A stretch of 64,000 bases of DNA from Candidatus Moraniibacteriota bacterium (GTDB lineage: Bacteria > Patescibacteriota > Minisyncoccia > Moranbacterales > GCA-2747515), in NCBI GenBank assembly GCA_016699795.1, contig CP065011.1, positions 12,838 through 76,837 on the forward strand. The letters run 5' to 3'. Shown here in pieces: positions 28,719 through 40,098 of this stretch (positions are counted from its first letter, which is position 1; each line of letters begins with the position of its first letter). A program made the position numbers and the translations under genes. A model generated the notes under the pieces. That model did not search any database, was not told the origin of the DNA, and saw only the letters and a program-made list of their open reading frames with translations.

Positions 28719-30161
28719 TTAGGGTTGTATTTCTTTCCAAATCTCATCATCATTAACATTACCTGATTTTGGAGGGTATTTAAGAAAGAGAAGCTTTGTA
28801 GAGTCAGGATTATAATTTGTTTTTGTTACTCTTATTGTTCCAGAACATTTATCTTGAACGCTTGTAATTATTCTTGTCGAAGATGTTCCTGCTGACATGC
28901 TTAAACAAGAAGATTTTGAATTTGTCCAAGCAACCCCTTCAGCAGGAAGTCCTGTAGAGCTATCACATACAGTCATTACAGCAGAATCCTTTATGGCAAG
29001 AATTTTACTTTCAGGAAAAAATGATCCATTACAATCACTTCCTGACCTGAGGACAAGACTTTTCTTCTCAATGATAACCTTATCTTGTTTTGTAAATGGA
29101 ATATCTTTTGTGCAAGAATTTCCAAAAAGAGTATAGTTTAGCCTTATAGACGGACCAGAAAGAACTGTTCCAGGAGCTCCTATTTCACCTATAGCCGTAT
29201 AATTAATGGTGAATGTTCGAGAATCTCCAGATTTCATATCTGGAGAAGAATTATTCCAAGTGAGAAGAGATCCAATTTTTGAATTCCATCGAGGAGTTGC
29301 ACTTACTACTGTTACATATATTTCTTCTGCTGGGAAACTTATTGATATATCTTCCATCAAAAATGGCTTTCTAATTTCTCTAAAAATATTTTCGAAAATA
29401 GTCTTCAGATCATCTGCATTTCCTTGTGAATAAAAACCTTTTCCTGTTCCTGCTGTGGTAGCAATTTTTACAAGATTTTCTTTATTAAATTCAGTACCAC
29501 TGTCAGTAATACCTATGGTATACACCGTTACATCGCTTGGAACTGCATTTATACCCGCACTTATTGGTGGGTTTGTATTATGAGCACCATCTGAAGCCAA
29601 AATAATAAATTTATTTGAATCTGGATTTCCATTTGAATTCATATGAGTTCCCGCCGTAAGGAGACCTCCTCCGATAGAGGTAGCTCCCACTGCAGTAATT
29701 CTATCAATTGAATTTTTTACTGCTTGAAAATTTTCGGATAATCCATAATCCAATGTTGTGTCTGATGAAAAAGTCACTAAACTAGCTCTACTTCCTCCAT
29801 TTTTGTCTTTTGCAACCATATCAACAGCCTCTTTGAGAACGCTTTTTGCAGCATCTATTTTGATCTTTCCCGAAGCATCTGGCCAAGCCATAGAACCAGA
29901 TCGATCCATAACAAAAACGACATCCACATTTCCTCCATCTTCAGTGTTAGCATCGCCCGTTACTTGAAAAGAAAAAGTTGTTGGAATAGTATCTCCAATA
30001 TAAAATGTATTCCCACTAATTTCATGCTTGACGTTGGGAAATAATGCCCCACAATTTGCCGGGGAAGCAGCTTGAACAGAAGAATATAATCCTCCCAAAA
30101 AAAGAAGGAAGGAAAAGAAGAAAGCCACTCCTATTGTTCTCATACTTGTATAAAATTTCAT
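28719..30161 (-). CDS. Secreted von Willebrand factor type A (VWA) domain protein
   Basis: Signal peptide ending VQA-AS; MIDAS motif DVVFVMDRSGSMAW (DxSxS); beta-rich C-terminal region with several Cys. Confidence 0.75.
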   Translation of the reverse strand: MKFYTSMRTIGVAFFFSFLLFLGGLYSSVQAASPANCGALFPNVKHEISGNTFYIGDTIPTTFSFQVTGDANTEDGGNVDVVFVMDRSGSMAWPDASGKIKIDAAKSVLKEAVDMVAKDKNGGSRASLVTFSSDTTLDYGLSENFQAVKNSIDRITAVGATSIGGGLLTAGTHMNSNGNPDSNKFIILASDGAHNTNPPISAGINAVPSDVTVYTIGITDSGTEFNKENLVKIATTAGTGKGFYSQGNADDLKTIFENIFREIRKPFLMEDISISFPAEEIYVTVVSATPRWNSKIGSLLTWNNSSPDMKSGDSRTFTINYTAIGEIGAPGTVLSGPSIRLNYTLFGNSCTKDIPFTKQDKVIIEKKSLVLRSGSDCNGSFFPESKILAIKDSAVMTVCDSSTGLPAEGVAWTNSKSSCLSMSAGTSSTRIITSVQDKCSGTIRVTKTNYNPDSTKLLFLKYPPKSGNVNDDEIWKEIQP

Positions 30162-30164
30162 TAA

Positions 30165-31178
30165 TTATTCTTTTATATCTTTTGCTGGAGGGCCAACAAA
30201 TACTGATTCAGCAACCAAAACAGCTTCTCCTGATTCTACTTCTGAAACAAAAACATCACCCGAAAGAACAAAGGCTATACTATCTCCTTCTGCCACTTCT
30301 TGAAAACCAATCTTTTTTGTCCCCGTTTCTTTAAAAATTGTCTGTCCTCCGACTTCTTGCAGAGTACCCAAAGTCTTAGTAATGCCATTTTTTTGAGAAT
30401 CTCCGGTATTTACTTTTACCGTTGTATACACACCATCACCATTGCTATCAACACTAACCCTAATTGCATCCATATCTTTCCCTATTACAGTACCACTCAG
30501 CGTTCCCACAATAGGCTCTTCTTGAATAGATTCTTCATTTTGAAAAGTAGAAGATTCAACATTTTGAGGAACTATCGGAAATTCTTTTTCATCTTTAACG
30601 CTCTTAGAAAACACTTCAAGAAATATCCACCAGAAAAGAACGAGAATGATAACAGTAGAAAGAGAAGAAATTATCGCAGAAAAAAGTATAATTTTTCGTG
30701 TTGATTGTTTTGGATAGGAAGTTCTACGAGAAACCTCCTCCTTAACAGCTTTTTCAAATTGTTCTTTTGTATAAGAAACTTCTTGTTTTTTGTTAGCCAC
30801 CAACTCTTTAATGTGCTGTACAACTTTTATCGGAGCTGAAAACCCACGAACAAAATATCCATCAATACCAAGATTTTGAGATCGTTTTCTATCTTCATCA
30901 CGGTCAATATGGCTATTAATGATGAAGAATGGGGTATTTTCTCTCATTTCTGAGCGTATCTTTTCTATCAACGAAAACCCATCCATACCAGACATTTCTA
31001 TTCCAGTAAAGACAACATCAAAATGGTGCTTTTGAGAAAGTAAAAAAGCGTCTGTTCCATTGGAAGCTGTAGTAACCTCCAACCCCGCTAATGTCATGGA
31101 TTCCTGATAAATTTCCAAAGTAGAACGATCATCATCTACAACAAGAACTCGTATTTTTATTTTCATATTTGTATACAT
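30165..31178 (-). CDS. Membrane protein: N-terminal receiver-like (pseudo-REC) domain, one TM helix, extracytoplasmic beta-rich domain
   Basis: VLVVDDD...DVVFTGIEMSGMDGF aligns with CheY-type DxxMPxMDG but phospho-acceptor position is Gly; TM ILFSAIISSLSTVIILVLFWWIFL; stop 3 nt before VWA start. Confidence 0.65.
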   Translation of the reverse strand: MYTNMKIKIRVLVVDDDRSTLEIYQESMTLAGLEVTTASNGTDAFLLSQKHHFDVVFTGIEMSGMDGFSLIEKIRSEMRENTPFFIINSHIDRDEDRKRSQNLGIDGYFVRGFSAPIKVVQHIKELVANKKQEVSYTKEQFEKAVKEEVSRRTSYPKQSTRKIILFSAIISSLSTVIILVLFWWIFLEVFSKSVKDEKEFPIVPQNVESSTFQNEESIQEEPIVGTLSGTVIGKDMDAIRVSVDSNGDGVYTTVKVNTGDSQKNGITKTLGTLQEVGGQTIFKETGTKKIGFQEVAEGDSIAFVLSGDVFVSEVESGEAVLVAESVFVGPPAKDIKE

Positions 31179-31180
31179 TA

Positions 31181-32488
31181 TTAACTCCTTTCATTTATTA
31201 TACTTGAGTTTCTTTCTTCTTGCAAAAATTCTTTATTAGTTTCTTCTAAACATTCAGAAGGAAGTTCTTGAGCTTTTTTTAGCCTCTTTTCAATAGTACG
31301 ACTTTTCGAAGATGCTCGTTCAATAGCATTGCTCGCTTCTTGAAGCTTCTTATGTGTTTTATCCAAAATATCACCAAAAACAGAGAATTCTTTCTTTACT
31401 GTAGCTAGGAGCTCCCATACTTGACTAGATTGTTTCTCAATCGCCAAGGTACGAAATCCCATTTGTAAACTATTAAGAAAAGCTGCAATTGTTGCTGGAC
31501 CAGCAACAACGATACGATATTCTCGACGAAGCACATCAGCTAAGCCCCCTCGACGAAGAACCTCGGCATATAATCCTTCATTAGGAAGAAAAAGTATACC
31601 AAAGTCAGTAGTAGTTGGAGGATCAAGATATTTATCTCGAATATCCTTGGCCTCACTTTTTATACGTATTTCTAATTGTTTTGCATAATAATCAATCTTT
31701 TCTAAATCACCCTTTTCCGAAGCATCCACCAATAATTGATAATCCTCCAAAGGAAATTTAGCGTCTATAGGAAGAAGAACATACTTTCCATCTTCACGTT
31801 TTGCTGGAATTTTTATAGCAAATTCAACTCGATCATTCGATCCTAGTTTTGTAGCGACATTTATATCGTATTGTTCAATAGTAAGAATATCCGCAAGAAG
31901 ATTTCCCAATTGTGCTTCTCCCCATGTTCCTCGAGTTTTTACATTTTGAAGAACTTTCTTAAGATCCCCCACACCCAGAGCAAGTGTTCTCATTTCTCCA
32001 AGTCCTTTATAAACAGATTCTAATTGAACTTGAACTTTTACAAATGAAGCGTCTAGACGTTTCTCTAAAGTATTATGAAGTTTTTCATCCACTGTCTGTC
32101 GCATTTTCTCAAGTTTTTCAGCGTTATCTTTTTGAAGAATAAGAAGTCTTTCTTCTACAACCTTACGGATATCTTCCATTCTGTTTTCATTTTTTTCGAT
32201 AAGCTCAGCAAGTTGTTTGCGAAAACGTTCAAGGCCTTCTCCTTGAGATTGGGAAATGCCTTTTAAAATATCTCTCAATTCTTCACGAGAATCCTGATTT
32301 CCTCGAGACATTTCTTGACGACCTTGATACGATTCTTGTCTAAGAAGTAAAAGAATACTTTTTTCCATTCGATCCATTCGATCCAAAAAGAAATTTTCTT
32401 TCTCATTTTTTTCGGAACTTTTTTTAAATAGAAAGAAAAGAATGGCTACGCCAATAAATACATTTCCAAAAAGAAGATATTTTTCCAT
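31181..32488 (-). CDS. rmuC: DNA recombination protein RmuC
   Basis: N-terminal TM, long coiled coil, C-terminal RmuC nuclease-like region with LPIDAKFPLEDYQ motif. Confidence 0.75.
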   Translation of the reverse strand: MEKYLLFGNVFIGVAILFFLFKKSSEKNEKENFFLDRMDRMEKSILLLLRQESYQGRQEMSRGNQDSREELRDILKGISQSQGEGLERFRKQLAELIEKNENRMEDIRKVVEERLLILQKDNAEKLEKMRQTVDEKLHNTLEKRLDASFVKVQVQLESVYKGLGEMRTLALGVGDLKKVLQNVKTRGTWGEAQLGNLLADILTIEQYDINVATKLGSNDRVEFAIKIPAKREDGKYVLLPIDAKFPLEDYQLLVDASEKGDLEKIDYYAKQLEIRIKSEAKDIRDKYLDPPTTTDFGILFLPNEGLYAEVLRRGGLADVLRREYRIVVAGPATIAAFLNSLQMGFRTLAIEKQSSQVWELLATVKKEFSVFGDILDKTHKKLQEASNAIERASSKSRTIEKRLKKAQELPSECLEETNKEFLQEERNSSIINERS

Positions 32489-32626
32489 ATTTTTTCATTT
32501 TTTTTAGTATACCATAAAAACATACACCTTCCGAATACTTTTTCATTGCAAAAATTATAGTAATAACGTTAACCTTTTCAGAAACCATTCTTATCCGTAT
32601 GATGAAGTAATCTACATACATTTTCC

Positions 32627-32662
32627 AAAAAAAGTGAGCACGTAATGTGCTCACTTTTTAAT
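32627..32662 (-). terminator. Intrinsic terminator downstream of dnaK (A-run/T-run on both sides, bidirectional)
   Basis: aaaaaaa-agtgagcac-gtaat-gtgctcact-ttttt; perfect 9-bp stem. Confidence 0.7.
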
Positions 32663-32730
32663 GTATTAGCAAAAAGTTTTCTTTCAATTTTCTTTGAAAG
32701 GCTCTTTTCCTTTGAGATTCAAAAGAATAT

Positions 32731-34641
32731 TTAGTCCTTTTTCTCTTCTGTTTGGGCATCTTTCACCTCATCTTCTCCTTCAGATTTTTTTTCTTCCTCT
32801 TGAACATCTGATGCGGGGGCTTCTTTTTCTTGAGCCACTTTGTAGAGTTTTTCTCCTATGGTTTGGGCTGTAACAGAAAGTTCTTGTGTAGCTTTCTTCA
32901 CAGCTTCAACATCAGATTTCTCATCTCCAAGAATTTTTTTCAATTCTTCAATTTTTTCTTCTACGGGCTTCTTTTCTTCAGCTGAAACCTTATCTCCTGC
33001 ATCTCTCATAGCTTTCTCCGTTACGAAAATAAGTGTATCAGCAGAATTTCGCACTTCTACTAATTCTTTCTTTTTCTTATCTTCCTCAGCATGTAATTCT
33101 GCATCTTTTTTCATTCGTTCAATTTCTTCTTTTGTGAGCCCACTAGAAGCTTCAATTTTTATAGATTGCGTTTTTCCTGTTGCTTTATCTTTAGCAGTAA
33201 CGCTCAATATTCCATTAGCATCGATATCAAACGTAACTTCGATCTGAGGAATTCCTCGAGGAGAAGGAGGAATACCATCAAGGATAAATCTTCCTAATGA
33301 TTTATTATCTGAGGCGACTGGACGCTCTCCTTGTACAACATGAATTTCTACACTCGGTTGATTATCAGATGCTGTGGAAAATGTCTGTGATTGTTGTGCG
33401 GGAATAGTTGTGTTTTTTTCAATCAAAGGAGTGGCTACACCTCCCATAGTTTCAATTCCAAGAGTAAGAGGTGTTACGTCCAAAAGAAGAACGTCTTTCA
33501 CATCTCCAGCTAGAACACCTCCTTGTATAGCAGCTCCTATTGCTACAACTTCATCAGGATTTACACTTGAATTAGGTTTTTTCCCAAAAAATTCTTCTAC
33601 CTTTTGTTGGACAAGAGGCATTCGAGTCATTCCTCCCACCATAACAATTTCTTCGATATCTTTCACGCCAAGACCAGCATCTTGAAGAGCTTGTTTCATT
33701 GGTTCGAGTGTTTTATCAACCAAATCATGCACAAGTTCTTCTAATTTTGCTCGCTTAAGAGTCATTACGAGATGTTTAGGACCATTCGCATCAGAAGTTA
33801 TAAAAGGTTGATTAATTTCAGTTTCAATCGCGGTAGAAAGTTCAATTTTTGCTTTTTCTGCAGCTTCTTTAATTCTCTGAAGAGCAAGCGGATCTTTTCC
33901 GAGATCGATACCTTCTTGTTTTTTAAATTCATTCAAAATCCAATCAATAATACGTTGATCGAAATCATCTCCTCCAAGATGCGTATCTCCATGAGTTGAT
34001 TTTACCTCGATAGTATCATCTCCTACATCAAGAATAGAAATATCAAACGTTCCACCACCCAGATCATATACAGCGATTTGTTCATTTTTTCTCTTATCAA
34101 ATCCGTATGCAAGTGCGGCAGCTGTAGGTTCATTTACTACTCGTTTCACATTAAGTCCTGCAATTTCTCCAGCTTCTTTTGTTGCTTTTCTTTGAGCATC
34201 ATCAAAATATGCAGGAACAGTAATTACTGCGTCAGTAATAGTTTCTCCAAGTTTTGCCTCAGCATCACTTTTGAGCTTTTGCAAAATCATAGCACTGATT
34301 TCTTGAGGAGTATAATCTTTCCCACTCATAGAAACCTTCACTCCACCATTATCAGACCCTACTACCTTATAAGGAAGATTTTTAATATCTTTTTGAATTT
34401 CTTCATTTGAGAAATCCCCACCAATAAGACGTTTCACACTAAATAACGTATTCCCGGGATTCGTAACTGCTTGACGCTTTGCAAGAAGTCCTACAAGTCG
34501 CTCCCCCGTTTTTGATATTGCTACCATAGATGGGGTAGTTCTATTTCCTTCCTTATTCTCGACGATTTCAGGCTTTCCCCCCTCAATAACCGCCATAGCG
34601 GAATTAGTGGTTCCCAAATCGATTCCTAAAATTTTTGCCAT
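32731..34641 (-). CDS. dnaK: Chaperone DnaK (Hsp70)
   Basis: [18 protein letters not shown]..., DLGGGTFD, full-length 636 aa with acidic C-terminus. Confidence 0.97.
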   Translation of the reverse strand: MAKILGIDLGTTNSAMAVIEGGKPEIVENKEGNRTTPSMVAISKTGERLVGLLAKRQAVTNPGNTLFSVKRLIGGDFSNEEIQKDIKNLPYKVVGSDNGGVKVSMSGKDYTPQEISAMILQKLKSDAEAKLGETITDAVITVPAYFDDAQRKATKEAGEIAGLNVKRVVNEPTAAALAYGFDKRKNEQIAVYDLGGGTFDISILDVGDDTIEVKSTHGDTHLGGDDFDQRIIDWILNEFKKQEGIDLGKDPLALQRIKEAAEKAKIELSTAIETEINQPFITSDANGPKHLVMTLKRAKLEELVHDLVDKTLEPMKQALQDAGLGVKDIEEIVMVGGMTRMPLVQQKVEEFFGKKPNSSVNPDEVVAIGAAIQGGVLAGDVKDVLLLDVTPLTLGIETMGGVATPLIEKNTTIPAQQSQTFSTASDNQPSVEIHVVQGERPVASDNKSLGRFILDGIPPSPRGIPQIEVTFDIDANGILSVTAKDKATGKTQSIKIEASSGLTKEEIERMKKDAELHAEEDKKKKELVEVRNSADTLIFVTEKAMRDAGDKVSAEEKKPVEEKIEELKKILGDEKSDVEAVKKATQELSVTAQTIGEKLYKVAQEKEAPASDVQEEEKKSEGEDEVKDAQTEEKKD

Positions 34642-34785
34642 ATTTTTTTAATCAAAGAAAAAACTTTTTTGAAAAATTTCTTCCTGATGTACAAATAATT
34701 ATTTATTCTTTACCATTTTAATTTTGGAAAACTGTCGCTTTCCTTTTCACCGCTTTGCAAGAAAACAAAGCAGTGTTAGGAATAC

Positions 34786-35199
34786 TCAGTCTTCCCTTGT
34801 CTCAATAGCTACTCTCCTCGGCTTTACTTCTTCCGCTTTGGGCATAGTAATAGTGAGAACTCCTTTCTCATAAGAGGCTTTTACTTTCTCGTTCTTTACC
34901 TTCATGGGAAGAACGACTGAACGAGAGAAACTTCCTTCACGAATTTCTTTTCGATAATAATCTTCGTGTTTAATTTCTTTTTTCTCTCGAGTTTCTCCAG
35001 AAACCGTCAGTACATCATTTTCCACTGAAACTTCAATATTTTTTGGCTCAATATCAGGAAGAGATACTTTGGCGATAACATTATCACCATCCTGATAAAC
35101 ATCCATAGCTGGAGAAAAACTTCCGGAAAACCATCTATCTTCATCAAAAATTCGATCAAGATCCATGATGGGTTGCCAATGCATTATTTGTCTTCTCAT
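34786..35199 (-). CDS. Small heat-shock protein (Hsp20/alpha-crystallin family)
   Basis: alpha-crystallin domain PAMDVYQDGDNVIAKVSLPDIEPKNIEVSVENDVLTVSGE...GVLTITMPK. Confidence 0.85.
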   Translation of the reverse strand: MRRQIMHWQPIMDLDRIFDEDRWFSGSFSPAMDVYQDGDNVIAKVSLPDIEPKNIEVSVENDVLTVSGETREKKEIKHEDYYRKEIREGSFSRSVVLPMKVKNEKVKASYEKGVLTITMPKAEEVKPRRVAIETRED

Positions 35200-35280
35200 A
35201 CTTCGTTCACCCCCTTTCTTTACATTCTTTCTTCTCTACATTTATTAGTACAAAAGAAATTCTTTTAACTTTCGAGATAT

Positions 35281-36171
35281 TTACAAAACAGCTACTCGAG
35301 CCGGACGAATTATTTTTCCTTTAAAGCGATATCCTTTCTGAATAATTTTAGAAATTTTTATAATAGAGGATTCTTGCTTTTCTTCTTCACTTTCTTTTTC
35401 TGATTCAAGATTTCCCCTATTTTCAATCGCTTCATGAATCTCTGGATCAAACACATCTCCCTCTTTCACTTCAATCTCTTCTACATCTATTTCACGAAGT
35501 ACTCCTTCGAGTTGTTTGTGAATATAGGTTATTCCTGTAACCCAAGGATCATTCTCATGATCTTTGGGAACATGCACAATTGAAGATGAAAAATTATCGA
35601 TCACGGGAAGAAAATTTAAAACCACATCCTCTACCGCACGAACAGAAATTTCTCTTCCGTATACCTCTTGTCGCTTTTTAAAATTTTCAAAATCCGCCAA
35701 GCAACGCCTCCATCCAAGTAATGATTCCTTACTTTCCTTATATTCTTTATAAGAAAGAATTGCATCTTTACTATCTTTTTCAAGCTCCATATCTAAAGCT
35801 TTTGAAAGATCAAACCATTTGTATTCATTATTATGAGTTTCATTTTCAATCTCATCTACCTCATCTTTGAGAGAAAAAAGAGAAATACAAGAAAGATATT
35901 TTTCACCCTCTACGGTAGTAAAAGAAAAAGACAATTTATCTTCAACACTCACTCGCATATTCATTTCTTCGTAAATTTTTTGAACGAAAAATTCTTCAAA
36001 AGATTCTTCGATGCTTACGCTTCCTTTAGGTATACCAAAAGGAACATTCCCTTCCTTTTCTTTAACAAAAAGAATATTTCCAAATTCATTCACAATAATA
36101 CCCTGAATAAAACATTGAGACATCATCCCTTTTCCTTCTTTAATTTTTTCTTCTTTCTTATCCATATACAT
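35281..36171 (-). CDS. grpE: GrpE nucleotide-exchange factor with N-terminal degenerate Nudix-like domain
   Basis: C-terminal ~150 aa: LADFENFKKRQEVYGRE..., LPVIDNF, DPEIHEAI (GrpE core). N-terminal ~140 aa: IQGIIVNEFGNILFVKEK...GIPKGSVSIEESFEEFFVQKIYEEMNM fits GX5EX7REUXEEXGU with RE->QK and G->M. Confidence 0.7.
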   Translation of the reverse strand: MYMDKKEEKIKEGKGMMSQCFIQGIIVNEFGNILFVKEKEGNVPFGIPKGSVSIEESFEEFFVQKIYEEMNMRVSVEDKLSFSFTTVEGEKYLSCISLFSLKDEVDEIENETHNNEYKWFDLSKALDMELEKDSKDAILSYKEYKESKESLLGWRRCLADFENFKKRQEVYGREISVRAVEDVVLNFLPVIDNFSSSIVHVPKDHENDPWVTGITYIHKQLEGVLREIDVEEIEVKEGDVFDPEIHEAIENRGNLESEKESEEEKQESSIIKISKIIQKGYRFKGKIIRPARVAVL

Positions 36172-36222
36172 CTTCTTTTATTATTATCAAACATTCATTC
36201 TCTTACCCAATTTTCCACCCAA

Positions 36223-36966
36223 TCAAAAGAAAAAAACGAAAACTATTCCAAAGGATGGGAGGGTGTTAAGAATTTTTTTCATATATTCTACAAGAGATTT
36301 ATTTCTCTCATATCTCATTCTTTTTGGTCCTATAACAGCAACAATTCCTGGCTCACCGCTCTGACTTTCATACGATGAAACTACCATGGAATATCCCGAT
36401 ATCCCATGAATAGGATTTTCATCTCCTATATAAATTTTTGTCTTATCCTTTCCTAAATCCTTAATGAGAATATCAACTTTTTCATCTATATAATCTAATG
36501 CCTCCGCCAATCGACACAATTCATCTCGATTCTGATCAGACTCTATCAATAAACTTCTTAAACCTGATTCATAGAACTCTTCTCTATCCAATCTCCCTAC
36601 CATTCCAATATTTCCCGAAAGAGCAGAAAGAAGTTTTGCTGTTGTTCTTGCCATTCGAACATTTTTTGCTCGTAACTGAAGAATTTCTTTTTGCATATGA
36701 ATTTGTTCTTCTCGCGTAGGCTCATGTTCTTCCATAAGGGTCTCCACAAAGAAACGATAGCCTTTATCCGTAGGAACCCTTCCTGAACTCACATGAGGTT
36801 GAAAGAGAAAGCCTTCTTCTTCAAGAATACTCATATCATTTCGAACAGTTGCCGGGCTAACGTCCGGTGCATATCTTTCAACAAGACAACGAGAACCAAC
36901 AGGGAGTCCGCTTTGAGTATATTCTTCTATTACAGCCGAAAGTATTTTTTGTTGACGAGGGTTCAT
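36223..36966 (-). CDS. hrcA: Heat-inducible transcription repressor HrcA
   Basis: [32 protein letters not shown]... winged-helix N-term; start at internal ATG 36966 (ORF track 36987); CIRCE operator upstream. Confidence 0.85.
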   Translation of the reverse strand: MNPRQQKILSAVIEEYTQSGLPVGSRCLVERYAPDVSPATVRNDMSILEEEGFLFQPHVSSGRVPTDKGYRFFVETLMEEHEPTREEQIHMQKEILQLRAKNVRMARTTAKLLSALSGNIGMVGRLDREEFYESGLRSLLIESDQNRDELCRLAEALDYIDEKVDILIKDLGKDKTKIYIGDENPIHGISGYSMVVSSYESQSGEPGIVAVIGPKRMRYERNKSLVEYMKKILNTLPSFGIVFVFFF

Positions 36967-37024
36967 AGAACAAAATTCCCAACACAAAATAAAAATGAAT
37001 TACATTCTTATTATAGTAACCGTT

Positions 37025-37051
37025 TTAGCACTCGTCAAGTCCGAGTGCTAA
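37025..37051. promoter_or_regulatory. CIRCE operator (HrcA binding site), perfect consensus
   Basis: ttagcactc-gtcaagtcc-gagtgctaa = TTAGCACTC-N9-GAGTGCTAA, ~60 nt upstream of hrcA start. Confidence 0.9.
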
Positions 37052-37087
37052 TTTTATATTTTTAGCTTAAATAAAACTATTGCCAAT
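37052..37087 (-). promoter_or_regulatory. Putative sigma-70-type promoter of hrcA-grpE-hsp20-dnaK operon
   Basis: Minus-strand reading ttggca-(16-17 nt)-taaaaat immediately upstream of CIRCE. Confidence 0.5.
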
Positions 37088-37114
37088 CTTTTTTTGAAAC
37101 GAAATTTTCAAAGT

Positions 37115-37528
37115 TTACCTTCTTTTTCTCGCTACACGAAGCCTGGCAAGTTCTTTTTCAAGTTGAGCAGCTACTGTTGCGTATTCTATTTCATTGAGAT
37201 CTTTTCTTTCTTTAGCCTCTTTAGCACGTGCTACAGCTTTTTCTACTCTCTCGATATCTATTTCTTCTGCACGTTCAGCAGTATCAGCAAGTACTGTAAG
37301 TATATTTTTTCCAAATTCCAAAAAGCCACTCGACAAAGCAAGTTCTTCTTTTTTTGAATCTTTAGCAAGAACAAGTCGAATTTCTCCTGATCGCAAAACT
37401 CCAACATAAGGAATATGATCAGCTAAAATGGTAATCTCCCCATCCACAACAGGAAGTGTTACCTGTACAACATCACAATCCATTACTTTTCGCTCTGGTG
37501 TGGCAAGAATAAAATGAAATGATTTCAT
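37115..37528 (-). CDS. atpC: F-type ATP synthase subunit epsilon
   Basis: MKSFHFILATPERKVMDCDVVQVTLPVVDGEITILADHIPYVGVL; last gene of atp operon. Confidence 0.9.
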   Translation of the reverse strand: MKSFHFILATPERKVMDCDVVQVTLPVVDGEITILADHIPYVGVLRSGEIRLVLAKDSKKEELALSSGFLEFGKNILTVLADTAERAEEIDIERVEKAVARAKEAKERKDLNEIEYATVAAQLEKELARLRVARKRR

Positions 37529-37593
37529 AGATTCACAAATTTTTAGAAGTTATAGAAAGGCTAACTATCTATTACTTACTCAAAGCACATACA

Positions 37594-38988
<1,395 letters not shown>

Positions 38989-39031
38989 CTACGTTATAAA
39001 ATAGTATGCGTAATAACATTATAAATATTTT

Positions 39032-39979
39032 TTATTCCAGAGCCGCCCGTCCAGCACTTATTTCTGCAATTTCTTGCGTTATCTTTGCCTGTCTAATTCG
39101 GTTATATACCAACATAAATTCATCAGCAATCTCTCCAGCAGCATCGGTTGCATTCTTCATGGCAACCATTCGCGAAGCTTCCTTTGATGCATTTGACTCT
39201 AAAACCATATGATATATCTGCGTTCGAATAAGTGCGGGCAGTAATGCATCCAAAACAACTTCCGGGGATGGTTCAATTTTATATTCATACGAAGGGCCAG
39301 TAAGTCCAATTTCTTTTTGTAAGATATCCATTTCAGCAAGTTGTTTCTCAAATTCTGAAACGCTTACTGGTAAAATTTGACGCGTCTTCGTTTCTTGTTT
39401 CAGGGCAGAAATATAATCCGTATAGACAACAACAATCTTGTCATATCGTCTTTCTAAATACCAATCAATAAGAGTATTAGCAACTGTTCGCGCTTCATCA
39501 AAACTTGGCGTATGCATCAAATCAGGAAAAGAAGCAATAAGATTTTTTCCTAATGTTGTCGCCATTTTTTCTGCTTTTCGACCAATAGCCACAACATCTA
39601 CGATGCGATCTTTTTTTGATAATTCCTTTTTAACTTCTCCAGAAAAAGCAAATAATCGATCTTCTTGAGAAAGGAGAGAGCGAAATTTTTTCTGTACTTG
39701 TGTGTTAAAACCTCCACAAAGACCTCTATTAGAAGCAATAACTACAATTAAAACATTTGAAATTTCTCGCGCATCAAGAAGTGGGTGTTTTCTATTCTTC
39801 ATTGCTCGTGACATATTTGCCAAAATACTCCAAGCATTATGAGCATAAGGACGAATATCCAGAACATTCTTCACAGCACGTTGCATTTTCGCAGCTGAAA
39901 CCATCTGCATAGCACGCGTCACCTTCTGCGTGTTCCTAATGGAAGTCACTCTTGATCGTATTTCACGCGCTGATCCCAT
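39032..39979 (-). CDS. atpG: F-type ATP synthase subunit gamma
   Basis: MGSAREIRSRVTSIRNTQKVTRAMQMVSAAKMQRA N-terminus, C-terminal helix ...QEIAEISAGRAALE. Confidence 0.9.
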   Translation of the reverse strand: MGSAREIRSRVTSIRNTQKVTRAMQMVSAAKMQRAVKNVLDIRPYAHNAWSILANMSRAMKNRKHPLLDAREISNVLIVVIASNRGLCGGFNTQVQKKFRSLLSQEDRLFAFSGEVKKELSKKDRIVDVVAIGRKAEKMATTLGKNLIASFPDLMHTPSFDEARTVANTLIDWYLERRYDKIVVVYTDYISALKQETKTRQILPVSVSEFEKQLAEMDILQKEIGLTGPSYEYKIEPSPEVVLDALLPALIRTQIYHMVLESNASKEASRMVAMKNATDAAGEIADEFMLVYNRIRQAKITQEIAEISAGRAALE

Positions 39980-40098
39980 AAGAAATTATTTAATCGTATA
40001 AAAACACTATTTTTTAGATTCCAAAAATATGTAAGACACCCCCTTTTCTATCAAATATTTTTCTTCTTTATGATAGATAAAGTTTTATACATATTTTT

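Noticed and set aside
32858-34410. Plus-strand ORFs (129, 103, 75, 110 aa) inside dnaK
   Set aside because: Antisense to an unmistakable dnaK; Ser/Phe-rich nonsense composition
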